From an uncultured Gemmatimonadales bacterium (GTDB lineage: Bacteria > Gemmatimonadota > Gemmatimonadetes > Longimicrobiales > Gaopeijiaceae): DNA of 64,000 bases. The stretch spans positions 1,696,001 through 1,760,000 of the forward strand of contig CAWELD010000003.1 in assembly GCA_963809895.1 (NCBI GenBank), given 5' to 3'. The translations under genes and the position numbers were made by a program. The notes under the pieces are model-generated. The model ran no database searches. It saw only the letters and a list, made by a program, of their open reading frames with translations, and was not told the origin of the DNA. Below are positions 1 to 9,395 of the stretch, in pieces (position 1 is the stretch's first letter; the number at the start of each line of letters is the position of its first letter).

Positions 1-1146
1 CACGCCCGTCTCCAACTGATGCGAGAACGAGGCACGGTAGTTCGTCGAGCCCGTACGACCCTCGGCCGCCACGTAGCCCGTGTAGAAATCGCCCGGATGG
101 AAGAAGCGATCCACCTGGTCGTACAGCGGATACGGCCACGCACCGTCCTGGAACGACTTCGCCGACACGCCCCCGTTCAACACGGGGTTCGGCGGCGCGC
201 AGTTCACGCCCAGCGGATCCAGGATCGGCTCACACACCTCACCGGTGTTCTTGTCGTAGAAGTACCGGATGTCCACGGCGTTGCCGTCGGCGTCGATGAT
301 GTCGCCGTTGGCGTTCATCGCGTACGAGTGATTCCGCGAGAACGGCGTCGAACCCTCCAGGTTCTGCTTGCCGTACTCGTTGCGCACCGTGATCCGCGCC
401 TGGTCCACGCTCAGCCCCGAGCCACGACGCGTGCGAATCTGCACCACGCCGTTCTGGGCCCGCGATCCGTACAGCGACGCCGCCGCCGCACCCTTCACGA
501 TCTCCACCGACTCCACGTCCAGCGAGCTGATGTCCGCCAGCGTGTTGTCCGTGATCACACCGTCCACGATGATCAGCGGATTCTGCGACCCCGTGATCGT
601 CGTCGGGCCCCGCAGCATGATGCTGCCGTCCGAGCCCGGCTGGCCGCTGCCCTTCACCACCTTCGCTCCGGGAACCTTACCGGCGATCAGACCGTCCGCG
701 GACGGCGTCGGCACCGGCATGTCCTCGAAGTCCACCTTCTCCACGGTGAACGGCAGCTTCACCCTCGGCGTCGAGCCCGCCACTCCGGTCACCACCAGCT
801 CCTGAAGCTTCAGGGCCGTGGATTCCATGCGGAACTCCACCGTCGTGGTCTGACCTGCCGTGACCGTCACCTCCTGCGTGACGCTCGTGTACCCGATCAG
901 CTCCACACTCACTTCGTGCGTGCCCGCGGGCACCTGGTTCAACATGATGAATCGGCCCTGAGCGTTCGTCAGCGCACCCTGATTGAGCGCGGAGATGTAC
1001 ACCTGGGCCGACTCCAGAGGACGCCCGGACGTCGCATCCACGACGGTACCGGTCAGCGTCCCTGTGGCCTGGGCCGCTGCAGGCGCCGGCATGCCGGCGA
1101 AAGCCGCGGCCGCGGCCAGTGGCAAGAACTTACCCCAGAGTCTCAT
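1..1146 (-). CDS. SusC/RagA-like TonB-dependent outer membrane receptor, N-terminal part (runs off window start)
   Basis: Not in the ORF track because there is no stop in the window. Manual translation gives MRLWGKFLPLAAAAAFAGMPAPAAAQATGTLTGTVVDATSGRPLESAQV..., a signal peptide and carboxypeptidase-regulatory-like domain, then the plug motif ESVEIVKGAAAASLYGSRAQNGVVQIRT. GGAGG RBS upstream. Confidence 0.92.
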   Translation of the reverse strand, partial: MRLWGKFLPLAAAAAFAGMPAPAAAQATGTLTGTVVDATSGRPLESAQVYISALNQGALTNAQGRFIMLNQVPAGTHEVSVELIGYTSVTQEVTVTAGQTTTVEFRMESTALKLQELVVTGVAGSTPRVKLPFTVEKVDFEDMPVPTPSADGLIAGKVPGAKVVKGSGQPGSDGSIMLRGPTTITGSQNPLIIVDGVITDNTLADISSLDVESVEIVKGAAAASLYGSRAQNGVVQIRTRRGSGLSVDQARITVRNEYGKQNLEGSTPFSRNHSYAMNANGDIIDADGNAVDIRYFYDKNTGEVCEPILDPLGVNCAPPNPVLNGGVSAKSFQDGAWPYPLYDQVDRFFHPGDFYTGYVAAEGRTGSTNYRASFSHQLETGV

Positions 1147-1445
1147 GAAGGGCCTCCGATTGGGGTTGGACGGAAATGTGCCGGCGGAACCCGAAAGCTC
1201 CGCACAGACGGCAACGAGCCACATGGACGTGACTCGGCGACTGCCTCGGGTGGTCAGTCCCGAAACATGTCGACTTGGATTCGGTTGTTGGGGATTCGAA
1301 CGATGATGGGATCAAAAGCGCTTGGCTCCGGGCTGGGGGAAAGGCGCGAGCCCACGGGTGTCCCGCGGGTCATCCGGCCTCTTAGTAACGTGCGACCTTC
1401 CGCTTTGTCAAGCGTGCTGACGTCCGTGCGAGACACGTTTCGACA

Positions 1446-1463
1446 CGAAATGATGTCATTTCG
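1446..1463. promoter_or_regulatory. Perfect AT-rich inverted repeat CGAAATGA-TG-TCATTTCG, candidate operator
   Basis: 8-bp perfect arms in the divergent intergenic region, about 35 nt upstream of a minus-strand TTGACA (1406-1411). Confidence 0.4.
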
Positions 1464-1643
1464 CCCCGTGATGGCTACCTTCCGGCCCACAACGTGCATA
1501 CCCGCATTTCCAGCGGTGCGTCGGTGTCACAGGCGTCGGTGCCACCGCAGTGGATCGCCCGGGGACCCGACCCGGCATGAATCGTGTAGCAGAGACTCGT
1601 CGTTCAGCCGGGCCTCGGCCCCCTGCCCCCCGTTACCCGCCCC

Positions 1644-3851
1644 ATGTCACGAATCGCCGCCCTCCGCCACCACCTCGCGCAGTTCCGGGATTCCCGCTAC
1701 TTCCAGCCCACCATCCTGGGCGTGGCCTTCCTCCTGTTTGCCGGGGTCGGGCTCGTCTGGGGGTCGTGGCGCAACCTGTGCGTGACCTGTCCCTCGGTGG
1801 CTCAGATCAAGACATGGGAGCCGGAACAGACCAGCAAGCTCCTGGCGCACGACGGCCAGCTCATCACCGAGCTCGGCATGGAGCGGCGCACACCCGTCTC
1901 GATCCAGGCGCTCCCGGACTACGTCCCGCACGCGGTGGTCGCCATTGAGGATCGACGCTTCTACGAGCACGGAGGCTTCGACGTGCGGGGCATCGCTCGG
2001 GCGGCCTTCGGCGTTCTCACGGGCCGGAACCTGGGGGGCGGCAGCACGATCACCCAGCAGCTCGCCCGCAACATGTTCGACCAGAGCATTGGATTCGAAC
2101 GCCGCTACATGCGCAAGCTGCGCGAGCTGCAGGTGGCATTGGAGCTGGAGCGCTCGTACTCGAAGGACCAGATCCTCGAGGCCTACCTGAACGAGATCTA
2201 CATGGGGCGGGGGTACGGCTTCCAATCGGCCTCGCGCGCGTATTTCGGAAAAGACGTGCGGGACGTGAACGTCGCCGAAGCGGCCCTGCTGGCGGCGATC
2301 CTGAACCGTCCGGGCACATACGACCCGTTCCGCCATCCCGACGCCGCCCGGCGGCGCCGCAACATGGTCCTGGACCGTATGGCGGAGGAGGGCTACCTCA
2401 CGCGCCCCGAAGCCGACCAGTGGAAGTCCTTTCCGCTGCCCGACGAGGACCACTCCAACGCCGGGCTGCACGGCATCGCGCCCTATTTCGAGGAATGGGT
2501 GCGGCAGATCCTGGATTCGCGCTTCGGAGACGAGGTCTACCGGGGCGGGCTCAGGGTCTACACCACGCTGGACCTGGACGTGCAGCGATCGGCGCTCGAG
2601 GCCATGAAATGGGGCTGGAATCGGATCGAGAGCCAGCCCAACTACAAGCAACCCCTGTACGCGGACTTCGACACCGTCACGAGCTTTCCGGGCAATGACA
2701 CGCCGTACCTGCAGGGCATGATGGTGGCGTTGGATCCCGCCACGGGTGCCGTGAGAGCGCTCATCGGCGGGCGCAACTTCGAGCAATCCAAGTTCGACCG
2801 TGCGCGCCTCGCGCGCCGGCAGGCCGGCTCGTCCTTCAAGCCGTTCGTCTACGCCTCGGCCATAGCGTCGGGTATTCCCGCCTCGCACATCGTCGAGGAC
2901 CAGCCGGTGGTCTATCCCCAGGTGAGCGGCGAGGACTGGCGACCCCAGAACTTCGAGGAGGAGTTCAGGGGTCCGATCACGATCCGCGAAGGCTTGCGGG
3001 AATCCATCAACATGATCGCCATCAAGCTGGGGTGGGAGGAGGTCGGGATCGAGACCGTCCGCCAGACCGCCAAGAGCATGGGGATCCAGACCGAGATCGA
3101 GCCCTTCCCGTCCACCACCATCGGCGCCGCCGAGGTGATCCCCATCCAGATGGCCGAAGCGTATTCCTCGTTCGCGACCCTGGGCGCGAAGGTGCGCCCC
3201 TTCCCCATCGTGCGGGTGGAGAACGCCGAGGGCGAGGTCCTGTGGGAGCCCCAGCCGGAGCGCACCCAGGTGCTGGACAGCCTGCCGGCGCGCATCATGG
3301 TGGATATGCTGCAAGACGCGGCCAACAACGGAACCGGCAAGAACCACCGACTCGTGGGCGGCCTTCCGGTAGAAGTCCCCACGGCGGGCAAGACCGGCAC
3401 CACCAACGACGGCACCAACACCTGGTTCATCGGCTTCACGCCGAACCTGGTGGCAGCCGTCTGGTTCGGGATGGACAAGCCGGTGCCCATCACGCGCGGG
3501 CGGCCCGCGGCCACGGGCGGCTACTACGCCGCGCCGGTGTGGGGACGCTTCATGGACCACGTATACTACGGCATGGACGCCACCGAGGACGGCGACGAGG
3601 CGTTGGAGCCGGCCCTGGACATTCCGGCACAGTGGCCCATGCTGCCCGGGCTCACGACCCGGGTGGTGGACAGCCGTACCGGCAAGCTGTGGAGCCGCTG
3701 GTGCGAGGTGGTGGGCGATGGCGAGGGCGGCGAGAGCAACAAGTACACGGAGATCTACATTCCCGGCACCGAGCCCACCGAGGTCTGTGACGCGTCGAGC
3801 CGGCGCCGGTTCCGGATTCCCGGCGTGGGTGGTCTGGGCGGAGGCCGGTGA
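1644..3851 (+). CDS. mrcA: Class A penicillin-binding protein (PBP1A family)
   Basis: N-terminal TM; transglycosylase motifs EDRRFYEHGG and GGSTITQQL; transpeptidase motifs SSFK, SIN and KTGT. Confidence 0.93.
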   Translation: MSRIAALRHHLAQFRDSRYFQPTILGVAFLLFAGVGLVWGSWRNLCVTCPSVAQIKTWEPEQTSKLLAHDGQLITELGMERRTPVSIQALPDYVPHAVVAIEDRRFYEHGGFDVRGIARAAFGVLTGRNLGGGSTITQQLARNMFDQSIGFERRYMRKLRELQVALELERSYSKDQILEAYLNEIYMGRGYGFQSASRAYFGKDVRDVNVAEAALLAAILNRPGTYDPFRHPDAARRRRNMVLDRMAEEGYLTRPEADQWKSFPLPDEDHSNAGLHGIAPYFEEWVRQILDSRFGDEVYRGGLRVYTTLDLDVQRSALEAMKWGWNRIESQPNYKQPLYADFDTVTSFPGNDTPYLQGMMVALDPATGAVRALIGGRNFEQSKFDRARLARRQAGSSFKPFVYASAIASGIPASHIVEDQPVVYPQVSGEDWRPQNFEEEFRGPITIREGLRESINMIAIKLGWEEVGIETVRQTAKSMGIQTEIEPFPSTTIGAAEVIPIQMAEAYSSFATLGAKVRPFPIVRVENAEGEVLWEPQPERTQVLDSLPARIMVDMLQDAANNGTGKNHRLVGGLPVEVPTAGKTGTTNDGTNTWFIGFTPNLVAAVWFGMDKPVPITRGRPAATGGYYAAPVWGRFMDHVYYGMDATEDGDEALEPALDIPAQWPMLPGLTTRVVDSRTGKLWSRWCEVVGDGEGGESNKYTEIYIPGTEPTEVCDASSRRRFRIPGVGGLGGGR

Positions 3852-4072
3852 GGGCGGTCCTCTTCACCTTCGACACCACGCACATGGCGCTGTGGGCCGA
3901 AGAGGTGGCCGGCGCCGCCGGGATCACCGTGGAGGTGATGCCCACACCGCCGGGAACCGGTGCGCTCTGCAACCTGGCACTGGCGGCCGCGGCGTCCGAC
4001 CGCGAAGCGCTGGCGGCGTCCTCGCAGGACGCCGGCGTGGTCTTCCGGAAGCCCGTGCCGCTGGAGGTCTAG
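3848..4072 (+). CDS. DUF3343-like small protein
   Basis: Pattern FTFDTTHMALWAE...MPTP...CNLAL; GTGA overlap with the PBP stop. Confidence 0.7.
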   Translation: MRAVLFTFDTTHMALWAEEVAGAAGITVEVMPTPPGTGALCNLALAAAASDREALAASSQDAGVVFRKPVPLEV

Positions 4073-5417
4073 CACTCTCAGCCCGGGGCCCAACCTCGAT
4101 ACCCGCGGCGCTGACGCGATGCGAGATCAGCGGACGAACCGTCGGCGTGTCGCCCGGCGCGCCCACGGTCACCGCCTCGCGGAGTGCCTCCCGGCCCCAC
4201 GCGAGTCCCTCTTCGTCGGCGGCGTGGACCTCTCCCAGCGACTGTCCCTCCGCCACCTCCGTTCCCGGCGCCACCGCGAGGACGAATCCGACCCGGGCAT
4301 CGATGCTCTCCCCCAGACGGGTGCGGCCACCACCCATGGCGACACAGGCGCGTCCCAGCGTGAGTGGCGACACGCCGGTCACCACGCCGGCGCGTCTGGC
4401 CGCCACCACGTCCACCGCGGGGGCCCGAGGCATCCGTCGGGGGTCCTCCACCACGGAGACGTCACCCCCCTGAGCCTCCACCAGCCTCTTCATGCGAGAG
4501 AGAGCCCGCCCCTCGTCCAGGGCAGCTTCGGCCCGCGCCCGGCCCTCGGCCACGGTGCCCACGACTTGCCCGGCCAGCGCCATCTCGGCAGCCAGCTCCA
4601 CCACCAGCGCGCGCAGGTCGGCGGGGCCCCTGCCCCGGAGGCACTGCAGTGCCTCCACGGTCTCCAGGCCGTTCCCCACGGCGCGCCCCAGAGGACGGTC
4701 CATGGCGGTGAGCAACGCCGTCGTCGGAACCCCGTGGTCTTCGCCCAGCGACACCATGACGGACGCGAGCTCCTGTGCGCGCTCCTCTTCCGCGATGAAG
4801 GCGCCCTCGCCGACCTTCACGTCCAGCACGAGGGCCGACAGGCCTTCCGCGAGCTTCTTGCTCATGATGCTGGAGGCGATGAGGGGGATGCAGGGCACGG
4901 TCCCGCTCACGCTGCGCAGATCGTACAGGCGGCGATCCAGCGGGGCGATCTCGCGGGTCTGGCCGATCATGGCGCAGCCGATCTGTTCGAGAACGGTTCG
5001 AAACTCGGTCAGCCCGAGGTCGGTCCTGAACCCGGGAATCGCTTCCAGCTTGTCCAGCGTGCCTCCGGTATGTCCCAGGCCCCGACCGGACATCATGGGC
5101 ACGTACAGACCGAGCTCGGCGGCGAGGGGGGCCAGTGCCAGGGACACCTTGTCGCCGACGCCCCCCGTCGAGTGCTTGTCGATGCGTGGCCCCGGCAGGT
5201 CGGCGAGATCCAGGACCGCGCCCGAGTGTATCATGACCTCGACGAAGGCGTTGAGCTCGGCTCGGGTCATCCCCCGAAACACCACGGCCATGAGGAAGGC
5301 CGACATCTGATACTCTTCCACCTCGCCGGCCAGATAGGCGCCCAGAAAGCTCCGCACGTCCTCTGCGCGCAGCTCCGCACCGTCTCGCTTGTCCTCGATG
5401 ACCCGGGTGGGGATCAT
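3924..5417 (-). CDS. deoA: Thymidine/pyrimidine-nucleoside phosphorylase (true end may be near 4078)
   Basis: DKHSTGGVGDK, SGRGLGHTGGTLDKLE and SIMSKKLAEG motifs. The last ~50 aa look like read-through. Confidence 0.92.
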   Translation of the reverse strand: MIPTRVIEDKRDGAELRAEDVRSFLGAYLAGEVEEYQMSAFLMAVVFRGMTRAELNAFVEVMIHSGAVLDLADLPGPRIDKHSTGGVGDKVSLALAPLAAELGLYVPMMSGRGLGHTGGTLDKLEAIPGFRTDLGLTEFRTVLEQIGCAMIGQTREIAPLDRRLYDLRSVSGTVPCIPLIASSIMSKKLAEGLSALVLDVKVGEGAFIAEEERAQELASVMVSLGEDHGVPTTALLTAMDRPLGRAVGNGLETVEALQCLRGRGPADLRALVVELAAEMALAGQVVGTVAEGRARAEAALDEGRALSRMKRLVEAQGGDVSVVEDPRRMPRAPAVDVVAARRAGVVTGVSPLTLGRACVAMGGGRTRLGESIDARVGFVLAVAPGTEVAEGQSLGEVHAADEEGLAWGREALREAVTVGAPGDTPTVRPLISHRVSAAGIEVGPRAESARPPAARASGRPRRRPARTPPALRGRTPRPPVPGCRAHRFPAVWASPPR

Positions 5418-5487
5418 TGACCGTCTCTCCCTGGGCTCTGAACTTCCGGGCCCGCGTTCGCTCCTCCGTCACCACCATTCGCGCACC

Positions 5488-6249
5488 ATGCATCCGTCGC
5501 GGCTCCTGGCCGCCCTCTTGTTCGTCGTCGCTCCGGCTCTGGCCTCGGCCCAGGAGACCGGGCCTGTGGCGCGGGGTGACGACCTCCACGCCCGCATGCG
5601 GCCGCTGGAGGCGCTGGAGGCGTATCAGGCAGCGCTGCGCGCCGACTCCTCACGCTACGAGGCCCTGTGGAAGGCGACGCGCGAGGCCGTGGATCTGGGG
5701 ATGCTCACCGGTGACGAGGGCGCGCGCAGGGAATGGTACCTGAGCGCTGTCGACTACGCCCGCCGCGCCGTGGCCGCCGACAGCACCCGCGCCGAGGGCT
5801 ACACCTGGCTCGGCGTCGCGCTGGGCAGGCAAGCCCTCCAGGAGGATCCCAGAACCAAGGTGCGGTTGGCCGAGGAGATCCGGGACGCGGCGCGTCGAGC
5901 TCTGGCTCTGGATCCCGGGGCCGCCGGAGCCCATCACGTACTCGGGCAGTGGCACGCGGAAATCCGCCGCCTCGGCGGGCTCACGCGCTTTGCGGCTCGC
6001 CACCTGCTCGGCGCCGAGGTCTTCGACGAGGCCGATTGGGACGAAGCGGAATCGCACCTGCGTCGAGCGACGGAACTCGAACCGTCTGGACTGATCCACC
6101 ACCTGGAGCTGGCGAGGGTACTGCTGGACCGGGACCGCCCCGACGAAGCCCGCAAGGAACTCGAGCAGGTGCTGGAGCGGCCCGCCAGGGAGCCCATCGA
6201 CCCTCTCCTCAAGCAGAAAGCTCAGGAGCTGCTCCAGGCGCTGGGATGA
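5488..6249 (+). CDS. Exported TPR-like helical repeat protein
   Basis: Signal peptide MHPSRLLAALLFVVAPALASA followed by TPR-like helices (ARRAVAADSTRAEGYTWLGVALG; ARRALALDP...AHHVLG). Confidence 0.75.
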   Translation: MHPSRLLAALLFVVAPALASAQETGPVARGDDLHARMRPLEALEAYQAALRADSSRYEALWKATREAVDLGMLTGDEGARREWYLSAVDYARRAVAADSTRAEGYTWLGVALGRQALQEDPRTKVRLAEEIRDAARRALALDPGAAGAHHVLGQWHAEIRRLGGLTRFAARHLLGAEVFDEADWDEAESHLRRATELEPSGLIHHLELARVLLDRDRPDEARKELEQVLERPAREPIDPLLKQKAQELLQALG

Positions 6250-6272
6250 GTCTCCCGGCCCGGAGCGGCGCC

Positions 6273-6524
6273 TCAGGACGTGGTGAACCGCTTGCGCGCA
6301 CCCCGGAACGCATCGTCCACGCGTCCCTTCACCTCGTCCGCCAGGTCCTCGAAGCGGTCGGACGCTCCATCGCGCACGTCCGACGCCACGCGGCGGATGC
6401 GCTTGCGGGTGCGGCGGCCACTCTCCGGTGCGGTCAGAAGGGCGATGCCCGCGCCGATGACCGCCCCCAGGACCAGGCCCGAGACGAAGTTGACGACCTG
6501 GGTGGAATGTTCGTCGTATTCCAT
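6273..6524 (-). CDS. YtxH domain protein
   Basis: FVSGLVLGAVIGAGIALLTAPESGRRTR signature; GAGGAG RBS. Confidence 0.88.
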   Translation of the reverse strand: MEYDEHSTQVVNFVSGLVLGAVIGAGIALLTAPESGRRTRKRIRRVASDVRDGASDRFEDLADEVKGRVDDAFRGARKRFTTS

Positions 6525-6771
6525 GATCTCCTCTCCTCTGGATGGAGGTCTTTGTCCGGCTTGCGGCTGCCCGGTCCCCGGGCGGCGGTACTCGTTCGAT
6601 GTATCCCCCGCCCTCGAAGCGGTGTTCCGCCGTGGCGAGCGCGGTACCCGCCCAGGTGTCCGAGAAACGACGCTCGCCTATATTTCCGCGGGGTGGTCGG
6701 ACCTTCCGCCACCTGTTGAAGATACCACAGCTCCGTCCTCGACGGGATCGTTTCTCCAGCCCGTGAACCCC

Positions 6772-7308
6772 ATGCTTCCACTCCGCGCCCGGTCCGAAGT
6801 GGCTGTTCCCGCGTCAACGTTCGCGTCTCTGCGACGCATTCTCCGGTCCGACGTGGGCCCTGCGGCGGCGCTGGAGCTTCTCCACGCCGCAGGCGAACAG
6901 GCCGGCGCGGACATCCATCGCGGCCTCCTGGCGGAGTTGTCTCCCGGAGCCGGGGTTGGCGAGTTCTGGGACCGGCTCGCGCAATACATGGAGGAGCGCG
7001 GATGGGGGACGTTGCGCCACGGCGCGGTGCACCCCGGCGTGGGGCTCCTGACCAGCGACGACTGGGCGGAGGCCTCCGCCGCGAGTGAAGACGACGGGGG
7101 GCGCTCGACCTGCGCTTTCTCCGTGGGGATGCTCGAAGGTCTGCTGGGACAGGTCGCCGGCGATCGGGTAGCCGTGATCGAGGCGGAGTGCCGGGGCCGG
7201 GGTGACCCGCACTGTGCGTTCGCGTTCGGCGCCGAGGACACCCTGCGCCGGTTGAGGGAAGAGCTGCGCCGGGGACGTTCGCTGGACGAAGCGCTGGCAG
7301 GCCTCTGA
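6772..7308 (+). CDS. V4R (4-vinyl reductase) domain protein
   Basis: GWG motif, CAFSVGMLEG and EAECRGRGDPHCAF, typical of V4R. Start is 6763 (GTG) or 6772 (ATG). Confidence 0.8.
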   Translation: MLPLRARSEVAVPASTFASLRRILRSDVGPAAALELLHAAGEQAGADIHRGLLAELSPGAGVGEFWDRLAQYMEERGWGTLRHGAVHPGVGLLTSDDWAEASAASEDDGGRSTCAFSVGMLEGLLGQVAGDRVAVIEAECRGRGDPHCAFAFGAEDTLRRLREELRRGRSLDEALAGL

Positions 7309-7311
7309 GCC

Positions 7312-7731
7312 GTGCGCCTGATGGGTATCGACTACGGGGAACGGCGGATCGGGGTGGCGCTCAGTGATCCCACCGGCACCCTGGCATCCCCCCTGGACAC
7401 CGTGGTCCGACGACGGGGAAAGCGCCCCCCCTTACGGCGCCTGGAGGAGATCGCCCGCACGCACGGGGTGGAGGGCGTCGTCGTGGGACTACCGCTCACG
7501 CTGGAGGGGGAGGAGGACGGATGGTGTGCCGAGGTGCGCCAGGTGGGTGACGAGCTGGGCCGGCGACTCGACCTCCCGGTCCACTACGTGGACGAGCGCA
7601 TGACCTCGGTGAGGGCGGAGCGCGCCGTGCGCTCCATCGGGCTTCCGCGGCATGCGCGCGAGCAGAAGGAACGCATCGACGCGGCCGCCGCGGCGCTGAT
7701 CCTGCAGTCCTTCCTCGACCGAGCGTCATGA
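7312..7731 (+). CDS. ruvX: YqgF/RuvX family nuclease
   Basis: GIDYGERRIGVALSD, VVGLP, DERMTS and IDAAAAALILQ motifs. Confidence 0.95.
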   Translation: MRLMGIDYGERRIGVALSDPTGTLASPLDTVVRRRGKRPPLRRLEEIARTHGVEGVVVGLPLTLEGEEDGWCAEVRQVGDELGRRLDLPVHYVDERMTSVRAERAVRSIGLPRHAREQKERIDAAAAALILQSFLDRAS

Positions 7732-8744
7732 GGTCCCGGCGGCTGGGCATCCGTCACCGTCTGGTATCGGCGGGATTCCTGGCCTCGCTGGCGGCATGCG
7801 GCGGGAGCGGCGCGTCGGGAGGGCCACCAGTGGAATTCACCGTGCCCGCGGGCGCGAGCTTCGGGCAGGTGGTGGACTCGCTGGAGTCACGCGGCCTGGT
7901 GGGCTGGCCACGACTCTTCAGCTTGTACGCGCGCGCGAAGAAGGCGGACCGCCAGGTTCGCGCCGGACGATACCGGTTCCAACCGGGCGCGGGCTGGTCC
8001 GAGATCGTGGGCGACCTCGTGGCAGGCCGTGTCCAGACCGAGGCGCTCACGATCCCGGAAGGCTTCACCCTGGCCCAGATGGCTCCCCGCATCGCCGAAG
8101 TGAGCGAGGTGGCCGTGGACTCGGTGCGCGGGCTGCTGGAGGGGGACTCCGCCCAGGCCCGCTTCGACGTCCCGGGCCCCGGTCTCGAGGGATATCTCCT
8201 GCCCGAGACCTACCGGTTCGCCGAAGGCACCGCGCCGGAGGTCGTCATCAACACCATGGCCGCGGCGTTCCGCGAGTTCTGGACCCCGGAGCGGACCGCC
8301 CGGGCGGACTCCCTCGGCATGGGCATCGCCCAGATCACCACCCTGGCCTCCATCGTTCAGGCCGAAGCGCGCTTCGACGACGAGATGCCCACCATCGCCG
8401 CCGTCTACCACAATCGCCTCGCACAGGGCTGGCCGCTGCAGGCGGACCCCACCGTGCTGTACGCACTCGGAGGGCCCAGGGACCCGCTTCTCTACGCCGC
8501 CATGGACTCGGTGGCCGACAGTCCCTACAACACCTACACCCACCCCGGGCTGCCCCCGGGACCCATCGGTGCACCGGGCAAGGCCGCCCTGGAGGCCACG
8601 CTCCATCCGGCCGAGGTCGACTACATGTACTTCGTCGCCGGCCCCGACGGCCACCACGTCTTTTCACGCACGCTCACGGAACACAATCGTGCCGTCGCAG
8701 AGGCCCGGCGGGCGCGGGACACGACGGACACCGCGGGCCGATGA
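7728..8744 (+). CDS. mltG: Endolytic transglycosylase MltG
   Basis: TIPEG, LEGYLLPETY, LASIVQAE, LQADPTV and SPYNTY..GLPPGPI motifs. Confidence 0.95.
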   Translation: MRSRRLGIRHRLVSAGFLASLAACGGSGASGGPPVEFTVPAGASFGQVVDSLESRGLVGWPRLFSLYARAKKADRQVRAGRYRFQPGAGWSEIVGDLVAGRVQTEALTIPEGFTLAQMAPRIAEVSEVAVDSVRGLLEGDSAQARFDVPGPGLEGYLLPETYRFAEGTAPEVVINTMAAAFREFWTPERTARADSLGMGIAQITTLASIVQAEARFDDEMPTIAAVYHNRLAQGWPLQADPTVLYALGGPRDPLLYAAMDSVADSPYNTYTHPGLPPGPIGAPGKAALEATLHPAEVDYMYFVAGPDGHHVFSRTLTEHNRAVAEARRARDTTDTAGR

Positions 8745-9394
8745 CCGACGCGGACCTTCGCGAGGCGCTCCAGGTGTTGGTGATCACGGACCGGCGGCTC
8801 GCCGCGCCCCGCAGCCTGGACCAGGTGGTGCGCGCGGCGGTGGCGGCCGGTGCCCGGGCCATTCAGGTGCGGGACAAGGGGGCCACGGCCCGGGAGCTCG
8901 TGGCGACCACGCGCCGCATCCGTGAGATCAGCGCGGCGACCGGCACCCTCCTCTTCGTCAACGATCGTCTCGACGTGGCCCTGGCCGCCGGAGCCGACGG
9001 CGTGCATCTGGGCCCCGACGACATCCCCGTGGCTGCGGCGCGCGCCTGGGCGCCCCCGGAGCTCCTGATCGGGTATTCCACCGACGACCCCGCCGACGCC
9101 CGGCGGGCCCAGGACGAGGGCGCCGACTACATCGGCTGTGGAGCAGTCTACGCCACCGCTTCGAAGAACGTGGGCGACGAGAGCATCGGGACCGCCCGTC
9201 TCGACGAGGTCGCTCGGGCCGTCACCATTCCCGTGCTGGGGATCGGGGGCGTCACGATATCGCGGGCCGCGGAGGTCGCCGGGACGGCCGCGGCCGGGGT
9301 GGCGGTGATCGGCGCGGTCATGGGCGCAACGGATCCCGGCGCCGCGGTCGAGGGACTTCTGGCCCCCTTCCTGGCCCGCCGCCGGAAGGCCTGA
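8741..9394 (+). CDS. thiE: Thiamine-phosphate synthase
   Basis: IQVRDK, VNDRLD, ADGVHLGPDD, GADYI and IGG motifs; ATGA overlap with mltG. Confidence 0.93.
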   Translation: MTDADLREALQVLVITDRRLAAPRSLDQVVRAAVAAGARAIQVRDKGATARELVATTRRIREISAATGTLLFVNDRLDVALAAGADGVHLGPDDIPVAAARAWAPPELLIGYSTDDPADARRAQDEGADYIGCGAVYATASKNVGDESIGTARLDEVARAVTIPVLGIGGVTISRAAEVAGTAAAGVAVIGAVMGATDPGAAVEGLLAPFLARRRKA

Positions 9395-9395
9395 C

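Noticed and set aside
1147..1400. Cobalamin or TPP riboswitch ahead of the TonB receptor
   Set aside because: No B12-box or GGGAA/GCCACTG core and no CTGAGA TPP core found.
4070..4077. CIRCE half-site TAGCACTC
   Set aside because: No second half at 9-nt spacing, and it lies between convergent gene ends.
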